Shown: one piece after another, positions 1 to 12,964 of the stretch
Layout of the letters: every line of letters starts with the position of its first letter
Numbering within the stretch: the first letter of the stretch is position 1
Origin: Antedon mediterranea
Taxonomy: Eukaryota; Animalia; Echinodermata
Direction: 5' to 3'
Length of the DNA: 64,000 nt
Assembly: GCF_964355755.1 (NCBI RefSeq)
Contig: NC_092674.1
Span: 15,438,001 to 15,502,000 of the forward strand
Position numbers and translations under genes: made by a program
Notes under the pieces: generated by a model
Databases searched by the model: none
What the model was told of the DNA's origin: nothing
The model's input: only the letters and a program-made list of their open reading frames with translations

Positions 1-594
1 TTTGTTGAGCAATATCTTAATATTGTCATATAATCGTAGACGCAGTCATGTCAATAGAGCAATCAAACTGAACATACGATTTCTAAATGGGTACATTTTG
101 TTGATCCTGATTTAAAGTATTTAAGCAGTATCAGGGGAATTACCACCTATCTGATTAATCAGATCAGTGATTAATTTTACAATTAGTAATCCTTAAAGGC
201 ATAAAATAAATACTGTAAAAATTCTCAAATTTTATAGATGGCCGTGGTAAGAGTGATCAAAGAGAGTTCATTCGAGGAAATAAAGACCCCGGGTCGTTTT
301 AATCGAGGAAGATATTTATTCAAAATAATGTTCTATGGGGGTGTTAAGGAAGGTATTCATTCGAATAATAGTGGAGTGGCGGAAAGGTACCGGCTCTGTT
401 CTGGGGCAGAAATTTCTATTCTATTTCTGACCATCTTAGAATTTTAATCTGTGGATTACCTTACAAATACAAATTGGCCATGCCAGTCAAATGCCTCATA
501 CAAGAATATTGGGCAGGTTGTTGTAGAATACAAAGATTAAGAATTTACAGACAAATTCTTGTATTTGTTAGATTGAATTGAGTACTCTACCTAC

Positions 595-1230
595 CCATCC
601 ACCTCGCTGTAGTATCCAAGTCGCCAGTCTTTTCCTGGTAAATTTTTGCATACTATCAACAACCAGATTTGCAAATCTTGTGTTTTCTTGTTGCACACAA
701 TCCACAGCCAAGGTTGCAGTGAAAGCAAATAGTGATACAATTCTAGCCCAGCTGATACCTCTACCGATAATCTCAGAAGCAACAGCATTAAAGACTCCTT
801 GGACATGTTCTTCATGTTCAAAGTTCATCTTTAGATAGCCACATACGTCGGCGAATAAGTTTGGATACATCGTTTCATATTCTTGTCCTACTTTAATTAA
901 TTCACGTGAAATGTCACTGTATTTTCCATCTTTGTGAATCTCTTTCTGAACAAGTTTGAGCGATTTTAATTTTGAATATATATAGTCTCTGCATATGTAT
1001 TTAGTTTGTAGTACAATCTGTTCTTCTGAGACAGATGGAAAGTCGTTAAATTGGTGTGATATCTTAGCTTGTATAGCTAGAAATACTTTACTGAATTTTC
1101 GTCCGGTCCGCCCAACATTAGGGGTCATGTCTGACCAACTTGTTGTTTCTGCTGCTGACGTGGCTGTTGTCGAATTTGGACCTAGGCCTAGGCCTAGGCC
1201 TAGGCTTGAAGTGTCGTTTTTATCAGTCAT
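595..1230 (-). CDS. BOK: Bcl-2 family protein, BOK-like; coding exon with BH4, BH3, BH1 and BH2 (C-terminal TM exon probably outside the window)
   Basis: The ORF has BOK-type motifs QTKYICRDYIYSKL (BH4), LIKVGQEYE (BH3), GISWARIVSLF...LAVDCV (BH1) and LATWILQRGGW (BH2). A GTAGGT donor at 594-589 follows GGW directly, an intron position conserved in the Bcl-2 family. A candidate acceptor (caaaacag) lies at 1273. Confidence 0.88.
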
Positions 1231-1437
1231 TTAAAGAACAGAAAAAGTCTATAGTAATAGTTAACAACAAACCTGTTTTGAATAATGTATAATAATTAAA
1301 AATAAGCCTAAAGTATTTTGATACTATGCAATGTATCTGCCGCCACAATTTCGCAGGCCTCTCTCTCCCCACCCAGCAGACTAGAGGCTATAGTTCCTCT
1401 CCTCGAGTTTCCCGCTTCATTGCACCTAAGTGTAAAT

Positions 1438-1459
1438 ACGGAAGTAGGATCCCGGAAGT
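1438..1459. promoter_or_regulatory. Tandem ETS/GABP-type sites (ACGGAAGT, CCGGAAGT), candidate BOK promoter element
   Basis: Two GGAAGT cores 14 bp apart in a locally GC-richer patch about 210 bp upstream of the BOK ATG. Confidence 0.3.
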
Positions 1460-3479
1460 AAAGGTCATAAGTCCTCGCCTCTCCACACACACACACACAC
1501 CAAATTGGGCATGTTTTTTGCTTTTTGGCGTTTTTCATTTTGACCTGTTTAGCATCATGATCGCATATTACATCGGTTATAAGCAAAAAAATGCATAATT
1601 TGAGCACACATTTATTTTAGCACCTTCTTTACAAGTTAGGCCTATTTCAATATTATTAGATCATCAAGTTCTTGACTTTATTATATTATGTCTCTGACTG
1701 CATATGGCCATAATGATAAAAAATAGCCCATGATATTTTTGTACACACGGGCCTAATATCTAGAAATAATAGATTAAATATGGCTACAAAATAGAACCTT
1801 TCATCTCATATCAACTAACATTTAAAGAGAGTTCATTCATAGCATGTTATGCTCAAGTAGACACTAGTCCTATTGTCTCTTCGCTGTGTTGGTGGACACT
1901 ATTTATAGTCAACATTATTCCGGATACTGAAAACAATCATACCATTTTTATGTCTGTTAATTTTAGGCCTACTCCTTATGACACCACAGTAAGGTATTTG
2001 CTTGTGAACATTTTGTTTGTTTGAAAAATTGATTTATAAAAAAGAATTACTACCGCTACGTGATCTGGTAAAATATCATAACCATTTGAAGCACGGAGGT
2101 CATTAAGGCAACATTTTAAACAATGTTCATTTTAAATTAAACATTAGTTCCGTTTCACGGCGGAACAGACTAGACGTGAAATACAAAAAGCGCAACAAGT
2201 GTCAAGTGTAGCTTAGGCCTATATTCAAATTCGTTATCAGTGATAAAGTGTAAATATTCGTGAACAGAAATCGATGCCCTGACATCTAAATAATTATCTT
2301 GTTGGCTTGATGTGAATTATTATTAAATCTGACAAACGTTTTTTAAATGAGAAGCCTGTTGATTTATTGTTTCTTGTCCTTCTTCTATTAGCGACTTGTA
2401 TGTCTATCAATTTTGATATCAGATATTAGTAGCAAATACCTTGATTCCCCAGCCGTATTAAAATGCTTACTTGGGATCAACGCTGAAACATAACTGTTTT
2501 GGAAATCAGTTAAAACGGTAAATTTATAACAGATGTGGGTTCCTTTTCACGTTGGTTTCGTCTGCTGAAAGAATGCTAATCCTAGAAAGATGTATTTACT
2601 GTATAAACCACTGGACAAACAATCTGATTGCTTCTCCATGCTCACCGCTGAAACATAGGGAATGTTCAGACTCACATGGCGTTAGGTTTGTTATCTAACG
2701 CAAGGCGTACGGTAATCCATAACGTTAAAAGCCAATCCTGCTAGTGTTATTAACGCCACTGCCGCGGCGTAACAGCTCCCTAACGCTGATACGCGGCCAG
2801 GAAACAAAATATAAATTTTTTAAAAAAATCTACTTTAGTTAAGATCATGGGACTGCTGACTCTTGTAGTTATCTGGCTTACTTTACCATTCCGATACGTG
2901 ACGAATTCATCTCTGTATATTTTACATTATGACTTTTTGGTCAAATAAATATGAATGAATGAACAGCCATATGTTTAGGCCTATTCATTCCATTTCAATC
3001 GCACACCATGACCAAATTACGACAAAAAACGTAAAATCGGGCATGTATTTAATTTGTTTGTATTGCATTTTGTAGGCCTACCATCGATAGAAAATGAATA
3101 AAGGTTGAAATGAATTATTGAACCCATGTAAGCTTAAATTGTGTGTAGGCCTAATATAGTAATAATGACCGTATAACATCCGTGTATCTAATCATGAGCC
3201 ATACGAAGACATGATATTATATAATTTACTGATTCTATAGTCATCGATTTAATATAAATGAACTAGAATTTAATTCGTCACTTTGACGAATTAAGTTGAT
3301 CAGTGCGACATCTAATAACTAAAACGCAACATGCACGTACATTTGTGAGCACAAAGTCATGCATGCCATCTTATGACCTGAAGCACGTTTATAATAATGC
3401 TGAATTCCGTCATATAGACTAGAATATAAAGTAGATATATCCTTCAGGTATACTAAATATACAGTATAGCATTTAGAAA

Positions 3480-3960
3480 CAAATCAGACGCAGAAGCTCG
3501 GTCGGGCGCACCCCTTTTAAATGTATTACTTTGACGAAAGAGATGAAAACTATACTTTTAAAATTTTTTTTGGCCATAAATGTCACAATATCCGATATTC
3601 ACAATTTTTACATGAATTCATATCTACAATTCAACAGCTTTCATAATAAGTGAAAACATCTAACAATTCTGAAACGCTCAAAATGGCCCGAACATGCTCT
3701 AAGTTGATTACAAATTGATTTTGAGCGTCTTTATTTAAATGTACGATATCGCGCAAAAAATCCAGTGTACACGTACATTTTCCATGCTTGTTGATCTGAA
3801 GTTTATGTGTAATTGTAATTGATATCTGATGTTTATGAAAATATGTTTGATAAGGAAAATTCTTAAAATGGCCCCTTGATGACGTCACGATTTTTTGATT
3901 ACGCTGATGGCCAGTTTTTGTTATTTAAATTTTTTTTTGTACTTCATTCCACAACAGTAG
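3480..3960. mobile_element. Interspersed non-coding repeat, also present at ~36020-36560
   Basis: Shares gcgcaccc(c)ttttaaatgt...ggccata...tttacatgaattc(a/g)tatctacaat with 36036-36180. Confidence 0.6.
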
Positions 3961-4113
3961 CGAATCATCGCCACAGGCTGGTTAAAATCTTAATAAAAAC
4001 TAATTTTGATACAAAATTTAATTCATTAAAACAAGATGACAATGAAGATAGAAAAATGATATTACAGGTTATAACTAAAACCCCATTTATACTTTAGGTT
4101 TAGTGAGCCCGAG

Positions 4114-4555
4114 GCCGGCACTTCGTATAGTGTAAACGCTCGCGGTCATAAATGAACGTCCTGGGTCAACTTATAGTTTAAAGTTTACAAAACTTACAGG
4201 AAGTCATGTATGTATAATATAACGAAATGGCAGAAAACGAGGAGTAACGTGGGAGGAAGAAGATGTCTTAGCCCTGCTGGCAATAGACGATTTTTGCGCT
4301 ACGGAAGACATCTTCTCACAGTCGAGCGTAAAAAAACAAAATAACATAGCGTTTCCCAGGGGATTTCGGGACACCATGTTAATTTAAAAAAAATTATGAA
4401 ACAAAAATACTGTTAAGTAAAATGTATGAAATATTAGAAATTGGTCGAAAAAACACCACACTGTAGTGTTATGACGTATTGAGTGACCTTCAAAGAGCAA
4501 AATTGTACCGAGCACTTTCGTGTGCGAGAGCAAGTGTAAACACAAAAGTGCCGGC
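4114..4555. mobile_element. Possible MITE with short terminal inverted repeats
   Basis: GCCGGCACTT at 4114 and its reverse complement AAGTGCCGGC ending at 4555; no ORF. Confidence 0.35.
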
Positions 4556-4609
4556 TAATAAATCGTATATGGGGTATAAGTGATGTAAAATAATAGAACG
4601 GAAAGAAGC

Positions 4610-5910
4610 GAAATTATGTTTTAAAATTACATATCACAAATTGTAACTCTTGCCTCTTGTACAAAAATGAAGTTTTTTGGACAACTAGATCTCGAGAAAA
4701 TGCAATTTTAATTTACTTGTTACTTTAAGACTGCTTGCCGGCTTTTAAACATTCTGTCCTATCTTTTATCATTAGCAGGTCTGAAAATTATACTAAAAAG
4801 TGGTCCAGAATTGGGACCGTGGTCCGGATTGCCTCCAAAATTTAATGAAGTGGTCCTTAACCACATATCTATATGTACATGTTGGTAAAGATCTTGTAAT
4901 TCTTTTTGAGTAATCCTGCTAACAAACAAACAGACAAATGAAAGCACTCAGAGTGAAGTAATTGGCAAAATATATCCACTGAATGGGAGCATGTTAAATG
5001 ATACATTTTGTTGCTTTAGGTATTAGCTTTACATGGTTCGAATCCTGCTGGGGTTAATAATTAATAACAATCCCGACAACAATGACCTTTCTAAACTCAA
5101 GATTGACCAGAATAATGGTCGAGGAGTGTCTTGAAGCTTAGCCGATTTGCGGCGTCCCTGCCTTAACCCCTGTAGTAAGCTTAACCGCTCGGCCAGTCAA
5201 CTAATATTTTGGTCCATGTCAAACAATATGTCCATGTTCAAAGAATACAGAGTGTGTAACTTAATATATCGGTGGAAGATAAGCTTTTGTGACATGACCA
5301 ATATATCAATTTTCCTGAAAATCAATAAGCATGTTCTGACAGTAAAGTATACCTATGCACAGAATGAAATAAAAAACTAATTATCAACTAACAATAGGTT
5401 ATTTGACTAAAAATGGAACAACGCGAAAAGCAAGCGGTTGGATTTTAAAAGAAATAGGTTTGGTACTCGTTTTAAAAAGCCGGTACATTTAATCAAGTTA
5501 TGTTTTAAAATTACAAATCACAATTTATAACCCTTGCCTCTTGTCCAAAAATGAGTTTTTTTGGACAAGTAGTCGAGAAAATGCAATTTCAGTACACTTT
5601 ACTTTAAGACTGCTCACCGGCTGTGGAAAATTGTCTCCTATATTTTAACAGCCGATCAGAAAATATTATCATTTTTGTTATTTGTGAAGTTATTAATAAA
5701 ACCTATTTTCTTGATTTTCAATAGTCTGAATATATAACTATCTACACCGAAAAATTTAGAATGATAACTTGAAAACAGTAGGCGCTATCGTGCTAACAAA
5801 CAAACATACAAACAAAGTAAATACTATACCTACTTGACAAAATTTTATTGTGCCAAGTAATAAACACACAAACGCGATCTATTACATATACCTCCTTGGT
5901 GGAGGTAAAT
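4610..5910 (+). mobile_element. Two related Helentron/DINE-1-like non-autonomous elements (~4610-4940 and ~5495-5910)
   Basis: Both share ttatgttttaaaattac...cttgcctcttgt.caaaaatga...actttaagactgct and end in (ACAA)n. The second ends in the hairpin ACCTCCTTGGTGGAGGT (~5890-5906). Confidence 0.55.
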
Positions 5911-6067
5911 AATTATATAATAATATTGGTGCAATTACTTAGGAAATTATATTGTGAAAAAAAGTCTTGAAAAAAAACTACGTATAGAAACATCAACTCA
6001 ACATTAAAAATAGGAAAGGAACGCAAACTTCTAGAATTGAATACCAAACAACTAAAAAGGAAAGAAA

Positions 6068-6389
6068 CAACATATCATGTAATAACAACCTATGCGTAGG
6101 GGGAGCTAAACGGCAACATATCATGTAATAACAACCTATGCGTAGGGGGAGCTAAACGGCAACATATCATGTAATAACAACCTATGCGTAGGGGGAGCTA
6201 AACGGCAACATATCATGTAATAACAACCTATGCGTAGGGGGAGCTAAACGGCAACATATCATGTAATAACAACCTATGCGTAGAGGGAGCTAAACGGCAA
6301 CATATCATGTAATAACAACCTATGCGTAGGGGGAGCTAAACGGCAACATATCATGTAATAACAACCTATGCGTAGGGGGAGCTAAACGG
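6068..6389. repeat. 46-bp minisatellite, 7 near-identical copies
   Basis: Unit caacatatcatgtaataacaacctatgcgtagggggagctaaacgg at 6068, 6114, 6160, 6206, 6252, 6298 and 6344; one substitution in copy 5. Confidence 0.97.
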
Positions 6390-8400
6390 CAGGCACGATT
6401 AAAACTTTTAACAAAAAACCTACAAAACTTAACTTTGCCTAAAATGATTTTGTTGACTATACAAGAAAAACACATGGGTTTCAGTTTAAGGGAAACAGAT
6501 ATGGATTTACACTTGCAACAACACTATTAAGATCCTGCTGAAGACCCTTGACATCATCATCATTGGAACGATACAGCTTCAGGTTATCGACATACATAAG
6601 GCATTGTGAGTTATTGACAAAATTAGGAAGATCATTAATGAATAAATTAAAAAACAAGGTCCAAAAATAGACCCCTGGGGAACACTAGAGGGAACAAATT
6701 TAGAGATAGAAGAAACCCCATCAATGGCAACACACTGGGTGCAATTAAAGAGATAATTAGAAACTAAATTGAGAAGGGGCCCAGTAATACCAAATGTGTT
6801 AATTGTATTAATAAGTTGCTTATGGGAAAGGCAGTCAAACACTTTAGAATAGTCAGTAAAAATAATATCACATTGTAATTTTAAAATAATAGCATTAAGT
6901 GCAGTGGGTAAGAAAGTAGCAAGATTTGTTTGGGTTGATCTTCCAGGAACAAAAGGTGTTGGAAAGAACTCAAAACAGGAGATACACGGGAACAAATTTG
7001 GTCAAAAAGAATGCGTTCAAAAATGTTGGAGATCATGGAAGCAAGGAAATCGGACAGTAATTGGTGATCCCACTTTAAAAATGGGACAAAGAATGGCATG
7101 CTTCCATACATCAGGAAATTTTCCGGTATAAGTAGATAAATCAAATTACTTTTTTAAAAGGAACAGAAATGGGATGGCACCAGCTTTAAATAAACGGTTA
7201 CCAATCCCGTCGCAGCCAACAGCTTTATGTTCACATAATTTTCCAAGATGACCTGCAACTGCATCATCAGTGCTGACAGCTACCGATGAGAGATTGTCCA
7301 AAGGATACTCCGGATGATCAAAAGCATCAAAGTTAGACTGCTGGGAAGAATCTTTATAAAATGTATTAAAATAAGTAGCAAAAGCATTAGCTTTATCAAG
7401 AGTGGTATAAACATGGTTGTTATACCGGAGCACAGATTGTAGATATGCTCTGATCACGACCAAAATATTTTAGGATTGATGTTAATTTGATACCGTCTGT
7501 GTCTCTGGCTACAAAGTTTTTTTAAACTTGTTCTGGCCATCCTGAAATTCTCCATAGCAATCCTAGTATTATTCTTTTCTTAATTCTAAATAATTTTTCT
7601 TAAAGTTTTAAAGCTTTGTATAGCTCATGGCCAAACCAAGGTGGACGCTAACTTTTTGGTCTAAACATTGTTGCATGGAGTAAATCATAAAATAAAGTAG
7701 TGGCTTCATTAACATTATCAGTCATGTCAAGTATGCTCCATGGAATAAAATTTAGAGTATTTACAAGATCATTATAATTGAGTTTTTTAAGATTACATAA
7801 ACTTCTATTTTTTTTCGATTTATATTACAATTATAATTACTATTGCACTTAAATTCATAAAAAATCGAAATAGATTCATGATCAGATTTAAAAACGTTTA
7901 ATAGTAAACACTTGATGAGTCCAAAATTCTATTACTTATTTACCAAATCTAATATTTTATTATTGCACGTGATCAAATGATTCCACCCACATGAATTTTT
8001 GATTGTTGCTGATGATAATAGATTTGAATTTGTTTTGGACCAGTAGTAGCAAGCCTCCGCCCCTCCTACCATCACTCCTATCTTTCATAAACAATGAAAA
8101 ATCCCGCAAGAACACTTCAGGATCATCAACAGATTCGTTTAGCCACGTTTCACTAAGGGCAACTATATCTATGCAACTGGCAAGTAAATATGTAACGTAT
8201 CCATTTTGTTCATAAGGCTACGAACGTTCATAATATTAAATATGAATTTCCCGTGAATTGACACCTTCGGGTCCAGGGTTACGTTCAAAATCTCCAGAAA
8301 TCACTAACACCTGGGCATGAAATGTAGCTTGTGAATTACTGTAGTAGGTTGCCGTTTGCCCAAAAAATAGTATCTTTCTTTACAGTGATCCTTGTGTTGT
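6390..8400 (-). mobile_element. Decayed CR1-type LINE ORF2 (2A-like peptide, APE endonuclease, reverse transcriptase)
   Basis: Frameshifted minus-strand segments: GDFERNPGP, MNVRSL, IVALSETWL, RRGGG and SDHE (APE); KAVGCDGI, FTDYSKVFD and VPQGSIFGP (RT). Confidence 0.88.
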
Positions 8401-9231
8401 GTGAGACTGTCTCTAGACCTATAGGCTCATCATCATAGTAGCCAGTGAAGGTGGGAGTTTTCAGCAACTTAGTGTGGCCTGCACGTACAAACTCGATACA
8501 ATTATACCATCTGAAGGGTTGACTAGGCCTAGCTGGAAAGATGTAATTTTCAACATCAGAGAATTACATAACTTACAGTTTGATACTAATTAATGTTCAG
8601 CAGTATCATTATCCGTAAATCCACGTGAACAATAATTATATAACATAAATCAGCAGTATAACATACAAAGACAGATTTGTGAGAGACAGACATCTTGTCA
8701 TGACCGCCCATGTTGAATTGAGTTGTGGGAAAGATATTGTGAAAATTCGAAAATCATTGACATTGAACTTGAGATAATTTGCACACAAAATCTGTGGAGA
8801 AATAAATAAAGAAAGAAAGATTGTGTACAATAACACTATGTTATTTTTTAAGATTACCTAATAATGATATACTTTCTTTAAGTGAAAAATGAATTTTCCT
8901 CAATGTTTTCTGTACCCCTGATGGTTACATGTCGATAAGTTCCTCGTCTTTCTTCAAGTGTTGGTAATAGCTTTGATAGGAGTTCTTCAGCGGGAAGATC
9001 CATTAGTTCAGGCACAAGCTTGGCTGCACGGGTTAGCGTTCTTTTTCAACTATTCTTGAGTCTAACTTGGTTTGGAGACAAACGTCTGCTCGTGTTGATG
9101 TCTTAACCATTTAATTAGACTACTGGTATTTATTGTTCAAATTCGATTGCATAATAGTGACTCTCGTGGTGCAGCGGAATTGTACGAAATCGAATAATAA
9201 TGATAACTAGCAGGTACCCGTACCCGTACTA

Positions 9232-9870
9232 ACGTTATAACGCCATAATTACGGCGTTATAACGCCCTAAATATACAATCTGTTCACAGGTACATGCGCA
9301 TGCGTAGTACATCAACAAACCTCTCGGCGCATTCACAGATTTTAGAAAGTCACGTGCTACATTACTGGCCATCTTTGTGTCCAACTATGCCTATGTAGTG
9401 TATGGAGTCGAGTCATATGCTTAAAAAATGTATAATATTCACAAGGTTTTAAATATCTAATTTAATATCAAAACAATCAATTTGTTTAAAGGTTTTTGTT
9501 AAGATAACGCAATCATAAAGTTACTGCGAAGATGATTTTAAACAACAAAATGTAAAAACAATGCATTACTTTAGAGAATCGCTGTACAAAATAAACGCGC
9601 ACGCGTAGAGCGTGCATGGAGCGCACAGCCAGAGCCGTTAAATTAATGGATTAAAGCTATTTTGTTTGTTTAAAATCTTAAAAATAATATTATTTTAAGA
9701 AAACCCTTTAAACAAATTGATTCAATCCATTCAAAGTCGCAACTTTTATGGCTCTGGGTTTGTTGATGTACTACGCATGCGCATGTACGTGTGAACGGAT
9801 TGTATAATTAGGGCGTCATAACGCTCTAATACCGCGTTATAACGCCATAATTACGGCGTTATAACGCCGT
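9232..9870. mobile_element. MITE-like element with ~90-bp terminal inverted repeats
   Basis: 9232-9321 (cgttataacgcc...catgcgcatgcgtagtacatcaacaaacc) is inverted at 9757-9870. An inner inverted pair lies at ~9475-9505 / 9693-9722. Confidence 0.8.
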
Positions 9871-10708
9871 ATTATTATAAAATAAATTTTTTCTTTGGCG
9901 GAAATCAGCCACCGTAATTTCGCAACTCTTAGAAATTTAGAGACAGCAACGGCAATGGTGACCTCTAATAAAAAGTAAATTAGCACGGCGCTGAAACAAT
10001 GTGTTTTAATTAAAAGTGAAAGTACTTTACTCTTTTTTACGCTTTTTTCCCAAATTTTTTCCCCTTGTGGTAGGATATTTTTTTTTCTCGAGATTAATAG
10101 GGGGAAGGCGGAGGGTGCAACCCCCATCCTCTCGACCCACCACTGATTGGCCCATGAGATTACTATACCTCCATCTTCTGGTTCGGGATTTATTTCGAAA
10201 TAATTCAGTACTACATGGTCGCCAAAGCGACCAAATGAAATGGATGCTCGATAGATCGACGATGACCTGCTGCCCGTGGCGCTCTTTAATTGTTATTGTA
10301 TACTGCATGCTCGATCGATTTTTCTAGTGGGAAACGGCCGAACATTGCCGAACGCAGTGTTTGGCAGTTGCAAAGTAGGCCTACTTGGTCTAAAAAACAC
10401 ATTTGTTCGTACAAATTCGCCGCTCTAATAATATAGACTAATACATAAAGGGGAATTAAGTCGAACGGTGCTAGTATCGGACTAGTCTGAGTTCCAGACA
10501 GAGTTTTGTTTTAATTACTAAAAAGATAAATATTTTGGCACAAATGGCGTTTCATACGTAAGCTACTTGAGTTTATTTTCAGACAAAAATTGAAATAAAA
10601 ACAAATAAATAAAAAAAAGACAATGAATACAGACTTAGTAAGTCTAGTATCGGACTTGCGGTTGTTGAGGAACACACTTTGGATTAGAACTATTATAGGC
10701 CTATTAAG

Positions 10709-10710
<2 letters not shown>

Positions 10711-10739
<29 letters not shown>
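10711..10739. repeat. (GATA)n microsatellite
   Basis: Direct reading. Confidence 0.9.
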
Positions 10740-11389
10740 GATAATAATAGTGTGTTTTTGTTGGTAAAACAAATGACAACAATACAAGTTATAAATGTTT
10801 ATTATAATCATATGAAAACGTAGAAATGCAGAATAAACTATATCTACTACCTAGTTTACTAAATCTGTTCATGGCAATGTCAATAAACTGCATAAATACA
10901 AATAAAACACTCTTAAAATCATTGATAAGTATTACGGATTACAAGTTGGACATAAAATAAACTAAAAAATGACATTTCATCTGAGCAATAGACCTACAAT
11001 TTATAGTCTAAATAACTCATAACATCACCAGCATCACAAGTTTGGTAAGAGATTTTATTATAAAAAGTTTGAATGTTCAATTTGAGACTTAATGTAAGAA
11101 CAACAACAAACACAAACCATTATACTTGAAACGGCAATATAACTATGACAATGTAAAAGTTGTACAAAACGTTTTACAAAAATTGTGCCGTTTAATTGTT
11201 ACATTACAATATATAGTATTTAAATATATTATTAGGCTACATTGAATTTCCATTTTCCTAATCTACCTTGCATTTCAATAATAAAGTAATTTGTACTGTA
11301 TCAAAAATCTCCAAACCGTCCAGTGATAAACTAGAAGTTAATTTAATTTATCCAATTAATGTATAAACGACATGTGGTATCTTCGAGAG

Positions 11390-11462
11390 TCCCAACGTAG
11401 ATTCGAACCTGGAATCTTCTGCTTGATATGCAGGCATCATCCACCACATAGACCACTAGTGA
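11390..11462 (-). pseudogene. tRNA-like sequence (tRNA pseudogene or SINE head, Glu/Asp-like)
   Basis: Minus strand has A-box TGGTCTATGTGG, stem CTGC-ATATCAA-GCAG and B-box GGTTCGAATCT; the acceptor stem is imperfect. Confidence 0.55.
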
Positions 11463-11966
11463 TTTCCAATTGGATAGCAATTCAACATCGGCATGTGCTA
11501 TGTGGAGAAGCTATCAAATTGTACGCACGCGCAACAGAGATCAAATTGATACGCCCTCATTTTGTTACAATCAATTAACAATCATTAATTCACAAGGCGG
11601 AATCTCCAAAATTGAATATAATTTTTATATTTAGAATTATATTTATTGTTATATATATGATAATACAAATCATTTACATATGTCTACTGCATGTTATTAT
11701 AATTATATACAGGTAAATATTATTAACATTCATAAGATTCTAAACGAAACTGCTTAAACATTAAAACATATAAAATAGAAACGACGAGCGTTACTGCCAT
11801 GCTACGAAGTTTAACCCACATTGTGGTAGACCTATATCGACCTTCCCATAAATATTTTAAACTTCACTTTCTGTTTAATGTACACATTGTTTTTTGTCTA
11901 TGACTGCAATGGATACAAATTATATTATTAAGTCGGACGGAGCTAGCCATGAATAAGTTCCATTAT

Positions 11967-12072
11967 GCTTGGTTCCCACTAAAAATAACATAAATATATA
12001 GCTTGTCATCCATTGGTCATTCGTTTGCATTTCCTCTACGTTCTTGCGATGCGTCTCTAATGGGAACCACGC
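11967..12072. mobile_element. Small MITE (~105 bp)
   Basis: TIRs GCTTGGTTCCCACTA and TAATGGGAACCACGC. Confidence 0.55.
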
Positions 12073-12117
12073 TTTAGTGCCGGGCTGTTGACCAGCATTA
12101 CTATTTTCCCCAGCACA

Positions 12118-12285
12118 TTAAAGATGTATTTTCCCCCTGAAAAAATAATTCTTAACAACATTTTTGTTGAATATGCCATTTTAATGTAACATAATAGCTA
12201 TCCACTTTGAATAAAAATTGGATCGAAAAAAATGTATTTACCTGAAAAAACTGTAATTTAAAGAAAAAAAAATTGCCAACCGAAT
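12118..12285 (+). mobile_element. Solo left end of the Kolobok-like element
   Basis: TTAA-AGATGTATTTTCCCCCTGAA..., collinear with 37454-37620. Confidence 0.8.
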
Positions 12286-12914
12286 GATCGCTGTACGTTT
12301 CTGAATTGTAGTAAGCTCGTTTGTAGTAAGCATTGGATAGTGCGCGTGACTACTACTACGCTTTTTTTTACGAGGCTACTACTATAAGGGCTCGCGAATT
12401 GTCGCTTGTGATTGTCGTTGCGAACCAAGCTTTAACTATATCAGTGTTTCACGTATTAACAATTTATTTGTACTTCAAAGGCAACTGTGAGGTGTGATAT
12501 ATGCACCTTTAGACTGTGTGGGACATTCGTTCATTGACATTGTCAAATATTGTATTATTTCAGTTGCAATTCCATTGACAATAAAGGTGGACAGAGATCA
12601 TTGCGAGCAGCCGGTATATTCGTCTCCCTAGTACAGTGATTTATGAACTTTTTTTACCTTTTTATGAGAAGCCACTGAACATGATCATTATGCACATATA
12701 ATAAGCAGTTTTGCACTGCGATTCATTTTATGAAAATGTATTTACAAGTATTCAATGTACATTTTTAGTGTTTTTTTTTATATGGGTGGAGGGGGATATA
12801 TGCGAAAATGTTGAAAATTGAAAGAAATGTTTACGCACAATTATAAACCCAATATTGAGCCTCATATATATAAATATTATAGATACTAAATCAGGAATGA
12901 ACGTTATATTAATT

Positions 12915-12964
12915 CGATGACCACTACGATGACCACTACGATGACCACTTCGATGACCACTACG
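12915..12964. repeat. 12-bp tandem repeat (CGATGACCACTA) x4
   Basis: Direct reading. Confidence 0.9.

Noticed and set aside
568-594. BOK C-terminus VGRVLNSI as given by the ORF track
   Set aside because: It is read-through past a GTAGGT donor at the conserved post-GGW intron position.
5035-5197. tRNA gene from a B-box (5035 +) and an A-box-like motif (~5195 -)
   Set aside because: The boxes are on opposite strands; at most two SINE-head fragments.
6068-6389. CRISPR-like array
   Set aside because: Units are contiguous and identical with no unique spacers; there are no cas genes and the context is eukaryotic.
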